Positions 36,341 to 45,424 of a DNA stretch of 55,740 nucleotides are shown here, piece after piece. The stretch comes from Candidatus Thorarchaeota archaeon (GTDB lineage Archaea; Asgardarchaeota; Thorarchaeia; Thorarchaeales; Thorarchaeaceae), in NCBI GenBank assembly GCA_019894665.1, contig JAGXOC010000006.1, positions 1 through 55,740 on the forward strand. Direction: 5' to 3'. Both the position numbers and the translations under genes were made by a program. Below the pieces are notes generated by a model. It was not told the DNA's origin. It worked only from the letters and a program-made list of their open reading frames with translations, and did no database searches. Each line of letters opens with the position of its first letter. Position 1 is the first letter of the stretch.

Positions 36341-37855
36341 ATGGAGAAGGATCCGATTACCACTGAGGAAATGCGTATTCTTGAGCTGAATGCCCAATAT
36401 CTTGGTGTAACTCACAGTATGTTGATGCAGAATGCTGGGCGTGAGGTAGCTCGAATTGTCACAAAGACCTCGAAGGTTGAAAACAAGCACATTGCAATTC
36501 TATGTGGTCTCGGGGGAAATGGAGGGGATGGCATTGTTGCAGCGAGGTATCTTGATGAAGCGGGAGCCTATGTGGATGTTTATCTGCTTGGTGACGAGAA
36601 AGCTATCCGAAACAAAGACGCGCTCCTTAACTGGGAGATTCTAAACAACCTTCATGAAATCCTGATTTCCGAGTTACCCACTGAATCTGCTGTGAAATCT
36701 TGTAGAGCAATCAAAGAGGCTGATATCCTAATTGATGGTATCATGGGGTTCGGACTTCGCTCCAAACTAAGAGAACCTTTGCTTACAGCTGTAAAGATGA
36801 TCAATAAATCTACTGCGACAAAGTACTCAATTGACATTCCCAGTGGTATTGATTCGGAGACTGGAGTTGTTCATGGTGTGGCAGTAAAGGCTGACCACAC
36901 AATTGCTCTTCATGCTCCCAAGATTGGAATGACCAAAGCCAAAGAGTTCGTTGGGAAACTACATGTTGTTTCGATTGGTATTCCTAAGGAGGCCAAGTAT
37001 AACTGTGGACTTGGCGATCTACAACCCTTCAAACAACTACGAGACCTCCACTCAAAGAAGGGAGACTTTGGTCGAGTTCTAGTAGTTGGAGGGAGTGATG
37101 TCTACTCAGGAGCGCCCGCCCTCGCTGGGATGGCAGCACTCAGGACCGGTGTTGATCTTGTAAGTGTTCTAGCTCCAGAGCCTGTTGTTTCAGCTATTAG
37201 ATCGTATAGTCCAAATCTAATGGTGACAAGTTTAGGAACTCAGATTCTTCTCCCTGAAACGGTAGAGAGTGTCATTGAGCATGCAAAAAATAATCATGTT
37301 GTAGCCCTTGGTCCTGGCTTAGGTCTTGAGCAACAGACCAAGGTAGCCGTGACCTCCATTGTGGAGCAACTGGTCAAATTGGAAACACCTCTAGTTCTCG
37401 ATGCTGATGGTCTCAAAGCCATGGCATCATCTGAACTCAAGCTAAATCCGGTTCTGACTGTGATGACGCCTCACTGGGGTGAGCTGTCCATTCTGATGGA
37501 TGAGGATTTGGGCGATGATACATCTCTACGGAATAGAGTTGACCAAGCAGTCGCCTGTGCTAAGAAATTCAACTCAACCATCCTTCTCAAAGGTTCAGTT
37601 GATGTTATAGCAGAGCCTAATGGACGATTCAAATTGAATAGGACTGGAACCTCTGCAATGACTGTGGGTGGAACCGGTGATGTGCTGACTGGCATTGTTG
37701 CCGCCCTGTTAGCAACTGACGAATCAGCATTCTATGCTGCAGCTGCAGCAGCATTTATCTCAGGGGTTGCTGGAGAGATGGCTTTTGATGAACGCGGCGA
37801 TCATATTGTCGCAACTGACTGCATTGAAAATATTCATCGCGTATTTGATATGTGA
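36341..37855 (+). CDS. nnr: Bifunctional NAD(P)H-hydrate repair enzyme (epimerase plus ADP-dependent dehydratase)
   Basis: N-terminal YjeF_N (..AILCGLGGNGGDGIVAARYL..) fused to the carbohydrate-kinase-like domain (..KKGDFGRVLVVGGSDVYSGAPALAGMAALRTGVDLV.. and ..GGTGDVLTGIVAALLA..). Confidence 0.85.
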   Translation: MEKDPITTEEMRILELNAQYLGVTHSMLMQNAGREVARIVTKTSKVENKHIAILCGLGGNGGDGIVAARYLDEAGAYVDVYLLGDEKAIRNKDALLNWEILNNLHEILISELPTESAVKSCRAIKEADILIDGIMGFGLRSKLREPLLTAVKMINKSTATKYSIDIPSGIDSETGVVHGVAVKADHTIALHAPKIGMTKAKEFVGKLHVVSIGIPKEAKYNCGLGDLQPFKQLRDLHSKKGDFGRVLVVGGSDVYSGAPALAGMAALRTGVDLVSVLAPEPVVSAIRSYSPNLMVTSLGTQILLPETVESVIEHAKNNHVVALGPGLGLEQQTKVAVTSIVEQLVKLETPLVLDADGLKAMASSELKLNPVLTVMTPHWGELSILMDEDLGDDTSLRNRVDQAVACAKKFNSTILLKGSVDVIAEPNGRFKLNRTGTSAMTVGGTGDVLTGIVAALLATDESAFYAAAAAAFISGVAGEMAFDERGDHIVATDCIENIHRVFDM

Positions 37856-37869
37856 TAGGGCAACTTATC

Positions 37870-38871
37870 CTACGATTGAATGACTGGCATCTGGTCAAGA
37901 AGATCCTTTGAAATCTTTCTGTTCTCTTCATTGATGGGTATCCAGACAATACCCACATCGGGTTGACCATAGAGTACAGCCGAATCATCTGGGGCAAGCA
38001 GGACAGCTGGAAAGCCCATCAGGTCTTCTTCCCCTTCCACATAGATCAGTGAGTTTGATTCGTCATGAATCGCGGTGTCTATTACAGACCATGCTTCAGG
38101 ATAAATCACTGCTGCTGGATTGAATATTTTGTAGACTCGTTCAGCTGAGAATTGACCTTCAAAGGGACCCCTCTTTGTTATGCCGTCTACTATCATGACC
38201 TTCGGTGTATATCCTTCCTTCAGTATCGTGCTGGCAGTCACATCTCCCACTGCAATAACACATGTTGGTGACTCCTCTCGAATCTTACTTACAACACGTT
38301 TCTCAGGAGGTCCATCTTTTGCTGCGAAAACCTCTCCTTTTGGACTTTTCAAACCAGCTCTACCTTCGAGTTGGAGTTTTCTAGGTGGTTCTTTTGTACC
38401 TCTGAGGCGTCGCCCTTCCCTGTCTATCTCTCCTAGCCTGATTCTGGCAGATGCTAGTTTTTCCCCATCATATGCAAGAACGGGCTTCAGATACTCTATC
38501 GTGTCACTTACTCCCATCGTCTCTTTTCGGACGTTTAGTGGACCTGATTCAATCACAGCACAACAGGGGCCCTCATACATAACGAAAGTAGCGTCTCCTT
38601 CAATTGACAGTAGTTCGTCAATTTTCGTGATGGCCTTAACTGAAATTACATCATCAAGTTTGACTCCTTGAATGTACTCCCTAAGATTCCTCTCACGGAT
38701 ATCAATTGGTTGGATGAGAGCTTGGAGTTTAAGTCCCTGGCCAACAAGCTCACCACCTGTGACGCAAGCAACAGGGTCTGGCATCTTAGAAAGTTTGTCG
38801 ATCATGACTTGATGATTGATATGAAACCGGTCGAACAAGTTGAGACCCCAAGTACTAGACATCTGTTTCAC
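37870..38871 (-). CDS. Fusion of archaeal-type phosphopantetheine adenylyltransferase and GTP-dependent dephospho-CoA kinase (DUF359) domains
   Basis: The N-terminal half has ..LFDRFHINHQVMI.. (degenerate HxGH) and ..PVLAYDGEKLASARIRLGEIDREGR (archaeal PPAT C-terminal motif). The C-terminal half has ..CVIAVGDVTASTILKEGYTPKVMIVDGITKRGPF.. (DUF359/DPCK motif). Confidence 0.65.
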   Translation of the reverse strand: MKQMSSTWGLNLFDRFHINHQVMIDKLSKMPDPVACVTGGELVGQGLKLQALIQPIDIRERNLREYIQGVKLDDVISVKAITKIDELLSIEGDATFVMYEGPCCAVIESGPLNVRKETMGVSDTIEYLKPVLAYDGEKLASARIRLGEIDREGRRLRGTKEPPRKLQLEGRAGLKSPKGEVFAAKDGPPEKRVVSKIREESPTCVIAVGDVTASTILKEGYTPKVMIVDGITKRGPFEGQFSAERVYKIFNPAAVIYPEAWSVIDTAIHDESNSLIYVEGEEDLMGFPAVLLAPDDSAVLYGQPDVGIVWIPINEENRKISKDLLDQMPVIQS

Positions 38872-38938
38872 ACCGGTCTTTCAACCATTGGAACACTTAA
38901 TATCCTTGTTTAATCTCGGCCCCACATAATAGAGATAA

Positions 38939-39679
38939 GTGGCAAAAGTGAAACTACTAGCAGTTGCAGATGTTCATAGCCCAAGGTATCTTGAAGAGTT
39001 TGTGAAAGATCTTGGTCAACATGAGCGCCCAGATGCGTTCCTGTTTGCAGGGGATATGATAAATCGCGGCAATGCAGAGGAGTACAAAAACGTACTAGAC
39101 ACAATTGAGAAGATATTAGGCACCTCTTTCCCAGTCATTGGTTGTTTTGGAAATGAAGAGTACAGTGAGGTTCGCAAGGACATCGTTTCCATTGTAGGAG
39201 ATCGAATGATTCTCCTAGATGAGAAATCATACGTTTTGGAATCCAATGGTCTGACAGTTGGGATCGTTGGAACACAGGGGTCTCTGGACAAGGCGACGAG
39301 CTGGCAACGCAGAAATATCCCAAGTGTGAAAGGAGTGTTTGAGAGAAGAGCGAAGAGAGCTGCGTCACTCTTGAAGAAGATGAAGGACAAAGTGGACCAT
39401 CGGATTCTCTTGATGCACTATAGTCCCTGCCTTGAAACCTGCGAGGGTGAGGAAACTAAGGCGTTCTCATGGATGGGGAGCAGAAAATTCTACAGTGTGG
39501 TTGTTGAACATCAACCAGATCTTGTGATTCATGGACATGTTCACAACTCAACTAGACATGAAGTGACAATAGGGGCTTCTTTTATCAGGAACGTTTCATT
39601 TCCCGCTGTAGGATCCATCACGGAATTGAACGTCTGGGATACAAAAAAGACCCGAAGGATTGAGTATGAGTCCTGTTAA
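38939..39679 (+). CDS. Calcineurin-like metallophosphoesterase, paralog 1
   Basis: Motifs LLAVADVHSP, FLFAGDMINRG, GCFGNEEY, LLMHYSP and IHGHVHN. GTG start. Confidence 0.75.
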   Translation: MAKVKLLAVADVHSPRYLEEFVKDLGQHERPDAFLFAGDMINRGNAEEYKNVLDTIEKILGTSFPVIGCFGNEEYSEVRKDIVSIVGDRMILLDEKSYVLESNGLTVGIVGTQGSLDKATSWQRRNIPSVKGVFERRAKRAASLLKKMKDKVDHRILLMHYSPCLETCEGEETKAFSWMGSRKFYSVVVEHQPDLVIHGHVHNSTRHEVTIGASFIRNVSFPAVGSITELNVWDTKKTRRIEYESC

Positions 39680-40340
39680 GCTTGCCACTATTGCAGATGT
39701 TCATAGTCCAAAGTTCTTGAATGAGTTTAAAACTGCACTCTCGAATTGTACACCGCCAGATCTCTTTTTGTTTGCAGGGGATATGGTTAATCGTGGTAAG
39801 GTGAACGAATACTCCAATGTCTTAGACACCGTAGAATCGCAGTTGGGTTCAGACTTTCCAATCTTAGCTTGCTTCGGTAATGAAGATCCACTAGACATTC
39901 GGGATGAACTTAATCTTACGACGAAAGATAGACTCACTTTCCTTGATGAGAGATCAATCACTCTCACCCTTTCTGGTTCTAGAATTGCGATAGTGGGGAT
40001 GTCTTCGTTCAGTGCGGAGCTCCTTAATGCCCAATCAAGCGCAGCTGCAGAGATGCGAACCATCTTCGAGGAACGTGCATTACAGCTCTCACGACTACTT
40101 CAAGATGCATCTAGTTCATCAGACTACCTTATTCTCTTGATGCACTTTAGCCCACTTCGCGAAACCAATCCAACTGAATTCTCCTGGTGGGTATCAAGGG
40201 CCGTGGAAACCTATCCACCTAATCTCATTATTCACGGACACATCCATAATTCAATCAGAAATAAAGTAGAGATAGGAGCCACGACCATAAGGAATGTGGC
40301 TCTACCTGCAATTGGTTCAATCACAGAACTTAATCTTTGA
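39660..40340 (+). CDS. Calcineurin-like metallophosphoesterase, paralog 2
   Basis: Same motif set (LATIADVHSP, FLFAGDMVNRG, ACFGNEDP, LLMHFSP, IHGHIHN). The likely start is the ATG at 39666, overlapping paralog 1 by 14 nt. Confidence 0.75.
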   Translation: MSMSPVKLATIADVHSPKFLNEFKTALSNCTPPDLFLFAGDMVNRGKVNEYSNVLDTVESQLGSDFPILACFGNEDPLDIRDELNLTTKDRLTFLDERSITLTLSGSRIAIVGMSSFSAELLNAQSSAAAEMRTIFEERALQLSRLLQDASSSSDYLILLMHFSPLRETNPTEFSWWVSRAVETYPPNLIIHGHIHNSIRNKVEIGATTIRNVALPAIGSITELNL

Positions 40341-40342
40341 AA

Positions 40343-40768
40343 TTATACTTCATGTCCTGTGACTTTCATTGTGGGTTCAAACTTGTATCCATACATAATG
40401 ACACCACTCTGTCCGAATTCCTTGATTTTTCGGAAACATGCACGGACTCTCATCCCGATTTCCACATTCTCTGGATCAACATTCACAATCTGAGTCGTGA
40501 GTCGAGTGCCTTCATCCAGTTCGACCTGGGCAATCACATATGGCATCTGTCGCTTGAAATCGTCAGGTGCTTGACGGACAACAGCAAATGAATAGATTGA
40601 CCCCAATCCTTTGAATTGATAATCCACAAGCTTCCCCTTTCTCCTGCATGTTGGACAGACCGGACGTGGCGGGAAAAAGTGTGTTTCACAGGTCTCACAT
40701 TTGTTGCCCTGGATGTTGTAGATTGACTTTATTCGTCTCCAGATTTGCGCTACTCCATGTTCTGCCAT
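40343..40768 (-). CDS. DUF35 OB-fold/zinc-ribbon protein (scaffold of the archaeal thiolase/HMG-CoA synthase complex)
   Basis: Zn ribbon CETCETHFFPPRPVCPTCRRKG followed by an OB fold. It is the last gene of the HMGCS-thiolase-DUF35 operon. Confidence 0.8.
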   Translation of the reverse strand: MAEHGVAQIWRRIKSIYNIQGNKCETCETHFFPPRPVCPTCRRKGKLVDYQFKGLGSIYSFAVVRQAPDDFKRQMPYVIAQVELDEGTRLTTQIVNVDPENVEIGMRVRACFRKIKEFGQSGVIMYGYKFEPTMKVTGHEV

Positions 40769-40774
40769 CTTTAA

Positions 40775-41935
40775 TCATCTCCCTAGAATGTGTGCAATAG
40801 AAGTTGCACCCGTGCCCCCGATGTTCACTGCGAGTCCTTTCTCAGCTCCATCGACCTGGCGTTTTTCTGCATCGCCACGGAGCTGTAAGGCTAGCTCAAC
40901 AATCTGCGCCACACCTGTCGCACCAATTGGATGACCTCTTGCTTTCAGTCCACCCGAAGTATTGACAGGGAATTTTCCTCCTATTTGTGTGATACCTTCT
41001 TCAATTACCTTTCCGCCCTCTCCTTTCTTGGCTATACCGACATCCTCAGTCAGGATAATCTCCCCAATTGAGAAACTGTCGTGAAGCTCGAAAACGTCAA
41101 TGTCCTTGAGTTCAAGATTGGCTTCTTTGAGTGCGGATCTTGTAGAGTTCACAACTGCATTCATTGTTGTGATTGATTGTCTGTCATGTAGCGCTAGTGT
41201 GTCACCAGACTGTTCTGATGATTCAATGAAGACTGGTGTGTCAGTATACTTTTTCGCAAGGTCTTCTCTACACATTACAAGACCTGCAGCACCATCGGTT
41301 ATTGGTGCTGAGTGAAGTACTCTCAGAGGATCTGCAAGTAAGCCCGATTTCATTACAACCTCAATAGGAACAGCTCTCTGGAACTGGGCCCATTCGTTGT
41401 GCGCCGCATTAGCGTGATTCTTCACTGTCGGCATTGCAAGCTGTTCTTCAGTTGTCCCATACTCTTTCATGTGTCGTCGCGCCATGAATGCATAGAGCGC
41501 TGGAAATGTTGCTCCGAACATTCCCTCCCATTCCCAGTCTGAGGCCACTGAGATGGTGTTCATTGCCTCTGTCTGGTTCACATCACTCATCTTCTCCGCA
41601 CCCAGAACAAGCATTACATCATGCTCACCAGATTTGATGGCCATGTATGCGTGTCGAACAGCAGCTCCTCCGCTGGCGCATGCAGCCTCGACACTGTAGG
41701 CTGGCATATCTCCAAGACCTCCAATATCTGCAGCCTGTGCACCGAGGTGTTCTTGTCCTGTGAACCTGCCTGCACTCATGTTGCCAATAACCAATCCATC
41801 AATATCAGCTCCTCTCACACCAGAATCAAAGATTGAGTACATTCCCGCCTCAAGTGTGATATCTACAAGGCTCTTATCCCACAGTTCACCAAACTTACAC
41901 ATTCCAACTCCAATAATAGCTACTCTGTTACTCAT
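40775..41935 (-). CDS. Acetyl-CoA acetyltransferase (archaeal thiolase)
   Basis: Active-site Cys context YSVEAACASGGAAV, C-terminal ..NTSGGLKARGHPIGATGVAQ.. and ..GLAVNIGGTGA... Confidence 0.9.
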   Translation of the reverse strand: MSNRVAIIGVGMCKFGELWDKSLVDITLEAGMYSIFDSGVRGADIDGLVIGNMSAGRFTGQEHLGAQAADIGGLGDMPAYSVEAACASGGAAVRHAYMAIKSGEHDVMLVLGAEKMSDVNQTEAMNTISVASDWEWEGMFGATFPALYAFMARRHMKEYGTTEEQLAMPTVKNHANAAHNEWAQFQRAVPIEVVMKSGLLADPLRVLHSAPITDGAAGLVMCREDLAKKYTDTPVFIESSEQSGDTLALHDRQSITTMNAVVNSTRSALKEANLELKDIDVFELHDSFSIGEIILTEDVGIAKKGEGGKVIEEGITQIGGKFPVNTSGGLKARGHPIGATGVAQIVELALQLRGDAEKRQVDGAEKGLAVNIGGTGATSIAHILGR

Positions 41936-41950
41936 CGTGATATCTCCTCC

Positions 41951-42988
41951 TTAACCCTTGATCTTGCGTCGATATTTGGCGTATGTTGCGTAGTTCACAT
42001 ACGTCTTTCGTTCAATATAATCGTCGACGGTCGGAACTTCTCCACGTCGCTCTTCAATAGCATCCTCAACCGTGATAGAGAATGCGTCGCTCCCAGCTCC
42101 TGAACCATAAGCGACCATGCATATTTTGGAGCCTGATTTTGCAATATCTAGAACTCTAGCAAGTCCGATCATGGCTGAGGCCGAGTAGGTGTTTCCAATC
42201 TGGCGAACAACAAGACTATCCTCCAATTTCTCTGGAGGTACTTTGAGCTGCGCTCCCATTGCTATTGGGAATTTACCATTTGGCATATGAAAAACAAAGT
42301 AGTCATAATCATCAACATTTGTTTTTGTCTTCTTGAAGAGTAACTTAGCTCCTTCACCAACATGCCTGAAGTAAGCAGGCTCGCCTGTGAAACGTGCACC
42401 ATGGCTTGGGAAGTCCTCTCCCTCACGCCTCCAGAAGTCTGGAGTGTCCGTTGTGAATGATGCAGTGTCTTCAATTGTGGCGATGACATCTTTCATTCCG
42501 ATTATGAAAGCTGCACCACCTGCTGCAGCAGAATATTCCAAAGCATCACCTGGTCTTCCTTGAGCGGTATCAGCCCCGATTGCAAGTCCCAGTTTAACCA
42601 TCTTTGATGTAGCAAGACCCATACAAGTCTGAATCGCTGCCGTTCCTGCTTTGCAGGCAAACTCAAAATCTGCACAAGTCATGTCATGAGAGCACCCGAT
42701 AGCTTCAGCCACAATTGTGCCTGTTGGTTTGACAGCATATGGGTGGGACTCCGAACCAACATAGACGGCTCCAATGTCCGTTGGATCAATTTCAGATCTC
42801 TTGATGGCGTTCCTAGCTGCCTCTACTGAAATAGTGGCCACATCTTCATCCGGCCCTGGTACAGACTTTTCGAATACACCAAGTCCTTTTCCTATTCTTG
42901 CACTATCTTCACCCCAGACTTCTGCAATGTCTGAAGTTTTTATTCGATAGCGTGGTACGTATACTCCGTAACCAACAATACCAACCAT
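41951..42988 (-). CDS. Hydroxymethylglutaryl-CoA synthase (archaeal type)
   Basis: [16 protein letters not shown].., catalytic Cys context ..[12 protein letters not shown].., ..[11 protein letters not shown].. and ..[13 protein letters not shown]... Confidence 0.9.
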   Translation of the reverse strand: MVGIVGYGVYVPRYRIKTSDIAEVWGEDSARIGKGLGVFEKSVPGPDEDVATISVEAARNAIKRSEIDPTDIGAVYVGSESHPYAVKPTGTIVAEAIGCSHDMTCADFEFACKAGTAAIQTCMGLATSKMVKLGLAIGADTAQGRPGDALEYSAAAGGAAFIIGMKDVIATIEDTASFTTDTPDFWRREGEDFPSHGARFTGEPAYFRHVGEGAKLLFKKTKTNVDDYDYFVFHMPNGKFPIAMGAQLKVPPEKLEDSLVVRQIGNTYSASAMIGLARVLDIAKSGSKICMVAYGSGAGSDAFSITVEDAIEERRGEVPTVDDYIERKTYVNYATYAKYRRKIKG

Positions 42989-43030
42989 AGTAGTTATCTC
43001 CTCAAATTATTCATTCGCTAAATGTCGAAC

Positions 43031-43037
43031 TTATATA
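43031..43037 (-). promoter_or_regulatory. TATA box for the HMGCS-thiolase-DUF35 operon
   Basis: The minus strand reads TATATAA ~46 nt upstream of the ATG at 42988. An SD (GAGGAGAT) lies at 42996-43003. Confidence 0.35.
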
Positions 43038-43290
43038 CGTCGCTAGTCTACGTTCTATTTCTGGGGTCAAATACCCCATATGAAGCTTATTGTCCGGCCT
43101 CCAAAGATATTACGGCACTCGTCGAATGTTGTCTTCTGCCTTTGGAGGATGCCGACGAGCATCTGTGCCATAATCTACTATTTATGCATAGCGAATGAGC
43201 AACGCTGAATGTTGAATGTGTGATAGTAGTTTGCCGATTATTTCTGCTGCTGATTGAATTAACCCTATAAGGTCAGATGAGAATTATGTT

Positions 43291-43497
43291 ATGGTGAGAA
43301 AATTGTCAGACACAATCAGCAAGCCTCGTATCAGAAAGCTCATTGTCACAGAACCAAAGACTGTGGCTGAACTTTTTCTTGATCTGGAGCTTTCAGATGA
43401 ACATGTTGTCCTTATTGGTGGTAAGCGGGTTACCCTTGATCATCAAATACAGGAGAATGATAATGTAGTTGTCCTACCACGTATTGCCGGAGGATGA
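43291..43497 (+). CDS. ThiS/MoaD-family beta-grasp (ubiquitin-like) protein ending in Gly-Gly
   Basis: 68 aa. ..VVLIGGKRVTLDHQIQENDNVVVLPRIAGG* matches the ThiS/MoaD/SAMP C-terminal pattern. Confidence 0.7.
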   Translation: MVRKLSDTISKPRIRKLIVTEPKTVAELFLDLELSDEHVVLIGGKRVTLDHQIQENDNVVVLPRIAGG

Positions 43498-44937
43498 ACT
43501 CTCTCGTCTTTTTAGAAACATCCTCACTGATCCTAAATCTATCAGTATGCCCCGTTTTTTATCCTGAACATTAGGCATTTGAATCTCACATGCTATTTCA
43601 TCGAGTACATCCTGGACTTTTCTTGCTACTTTCTTCTTACTCAAGTAGCTGAAGCCATCAACATGCTCGATGACAGACTCAAGGATTGCTTTCGAGGAAC
43701 CTGAGCTATATTGGGTTGCACTCTTCGGCGCTAGTGCAATTTCTACTGGCACTCCTAAGAGCTGGGCAAGCTCCCTGAATATGACCTTTCTCTGGGGTGT
43801 TCCATCAGGGCTCATTTTCCATTCGACCGGAACAGAGAGTGAATTGTGTACGAAAAGCTGGTCCAGATAAGGAAAGAAGCTCTCCACTCCATGAGCTGCA
43901 ATAGCCCGATCATCACGTTCTATGTTGGTCTCATGCGTGATTGACACTTCTTTCCACAGTTGTTCCGCCAATGAGTCAGGTCCTTTCTCAGTGTAGGTCT
44001 TGACATGTTTTGCGTACCCCGCGAAGAGTTCATCCGGTCCCTGACCTGATACGACAGTGGTGCAACCTTCCTCCGCTGCTTTCTTTGATGCTAGGTAGAA
44101 TGGAAGTGCAATCTCAACGTCCATCTGTCTGCTTGTTTCAATTGAATAGATGACCTCGGGAAGAGTTTCCCAGATGATCTCTGAATTCAACTCTACTGTA
44201 TGCAATGGTAGACCCAATCGCGTGGCTGCTTCAGTGGCCGCAGTGTCATCGTGAGCCCCTTTTGATCTTGTAGTCACAAGGATGGTGTTCTCACACTGCC
44301 TGGCTGCTAGAACTGCCACAAGTGAACTGTCCACGCCTCCTGAGAATAAGACCCCACAAGCGGTGTCTCTCCCAAGTCTTTGGAACGAATCTAGTAATGC
44401 CTTTCTAAGAACATCAAGTGTTTCTTCTCTTGAAGCTTCTGTCTTTGTTGGTTTATCTAAGGACGCAAATCTCTCTGAAACGAGGTTACCATCCCATGAG
44501 TGAGTAATTCCTTGACCAGGCTCCAACACTTGCAAAGATGTTATGTCTATATTCCAGAGACTCTTCCTCTCAGAGGCGAATGCAAAGAGATTCTCAGTGG
44601 TTCCATAATAGAGTGCTCTCGTGCCATCCAATGATCTCAGCAGACTTACTCCTCTGTTGTCAACGATGACCGCTGCAACTCCGAATATCGCGGATATGGA
44701 TGTCACATCATCTGATTCTTCGGAGAAAGCAATATCTTCATTTCTGTCAATGATGAAGAGTTCATCTTCCGTATTCTGAAATGAACGAGATCCCACAATC
44801 AAACATCGAGCATTATTATGAGTCATAGTATGAAAGGATTCACATTTTCGATGCCTAATCGTCTCTGACATCTTCTTAAGCAATGAATCTGCATCGTTTC
44901 TCTTGCTGGTGATAAGTAAACCTGCAATGCCTGCCAT
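43474..44937 (-). CDS. Asparagine synthetase B-like PP-loop adenylating enzyme lacking the N-terminal Cys nucleophile
   Basis: PP-loop GVLFSGGVDSSLVAVLA and ..VVSGQGPDELFAGY... The N-terminus reads MAGIAG instead of the canonical MCGIAG. Confidence 0.8.
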   Translation of the reverse strand: MAGIAGLLITSKRNDADSLLKKMSETIRHRKCESFHTMTHNNARCLIVGSRSFQNTEDELFIIDRNEDIAFSEESDDVTSISAIFGVAAVIVDNRGVSLLRSLDGTRALYYGTTENLFAFASERKSLWNIDITSLQVLEPGQGITHSWDGNLVSERFASLDKPTKTEASREETLDVLRKALLDSFQRLGRDTACGVLFSGGVDSSLVAVLAARQCENTILVTTRSKGAHDDTAATEAATRLGLPLHTVELNSEIIWETLPEVIYSIETSRQMDVEIALPFYLASKKAAEEGCTTVVSGQGPDELFAGYAKHVKTYTEKGPDSLAEQLWKEVSITHETNIERDDRAIAAHGVESFFPYLDQLFVHNSLSVPVEWKMSPDGTPQRKVIFRELAQLLGVPVEIALAPKSATQYSSGSSKAILESVIEHVDGFSYLSKKKVARKVQDVLDEIACEIQMPNVQDKKRGILIDLGSVRMFLKRRESSSSGNTW

Positions 44938-45350
44938 TATGTCTGCACTTCATGAAGCATTACTTGCTTTACACCGGAAATTCCTTGCAGACGCTCATCC
45001 AGTTTGCCAACTTCAACGTTCAGCTGCTGGGGTGTGAAATAGCATTCGTAGAAACATTGGTCGGCAGCTTGACAGATCCCACTAGTGAACAGAATATCTT
45101 CCAGACCCACTTCCATGAAGACCATTGTCAGTTCTTCAAGAAAGCTCTTGCTGAGTTTCTCAATGACGAGCTTGAGATACAACACACTACTGCCATCAAC
45201 AGGATACAACTTAACATTCCCATCTTTGACAACGAGAATTGCCAGACCATATTTGTGGCCAATTTTATCAACAAATTCCGCTGGCAGAGTGATGGTGTCA
45301 CCCTTTTCGATTTTCAGTACTCTTGCCTGCGTCATGTCACCCTTAGTCAA
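44937..45350 (-). CDS. Small protein with an AbrB/SpoVT-like N-terminal domain and a possible ACT-like C-terminal domain
   Basis: ..ARVLKIEKGDTITLPAEFVDKIGHKYGLAILVVKDGNVKLYP resembles the swapped-hairpin AbrB pattern. The stop overlaps the AsnB-like start (TAATG). Confidence 0.45.
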   Translation of the reverse strand: MTKGDMTQARVLKIEKGDTITLPAEFVDKIGHKYGLAILVVKDGNVKLYPVDGSSVLYLKLVIEKLSKSFLEELTMVFMEVGLEDILFTSGICQAADQCFYECYFTPQQLNVEVGKLDERLQGISGVKQVMLHEVQT

Positions 45351-45424
45351 TCTATTCTGCCTCCGGACAGTTACCTGCCATCATATCTTGTGGTGATTAT
45401 ATCTCTTGCGGGGGCTGCCAATAA

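Noticed and set aside
38180-38671. 163-aa + strand ORF antisense to the PPAT-DPCK fusion gene.
   Set aside because: It is Ser/Pro-rich and low-complexity. The opposite strand carries both enzyme signatures.
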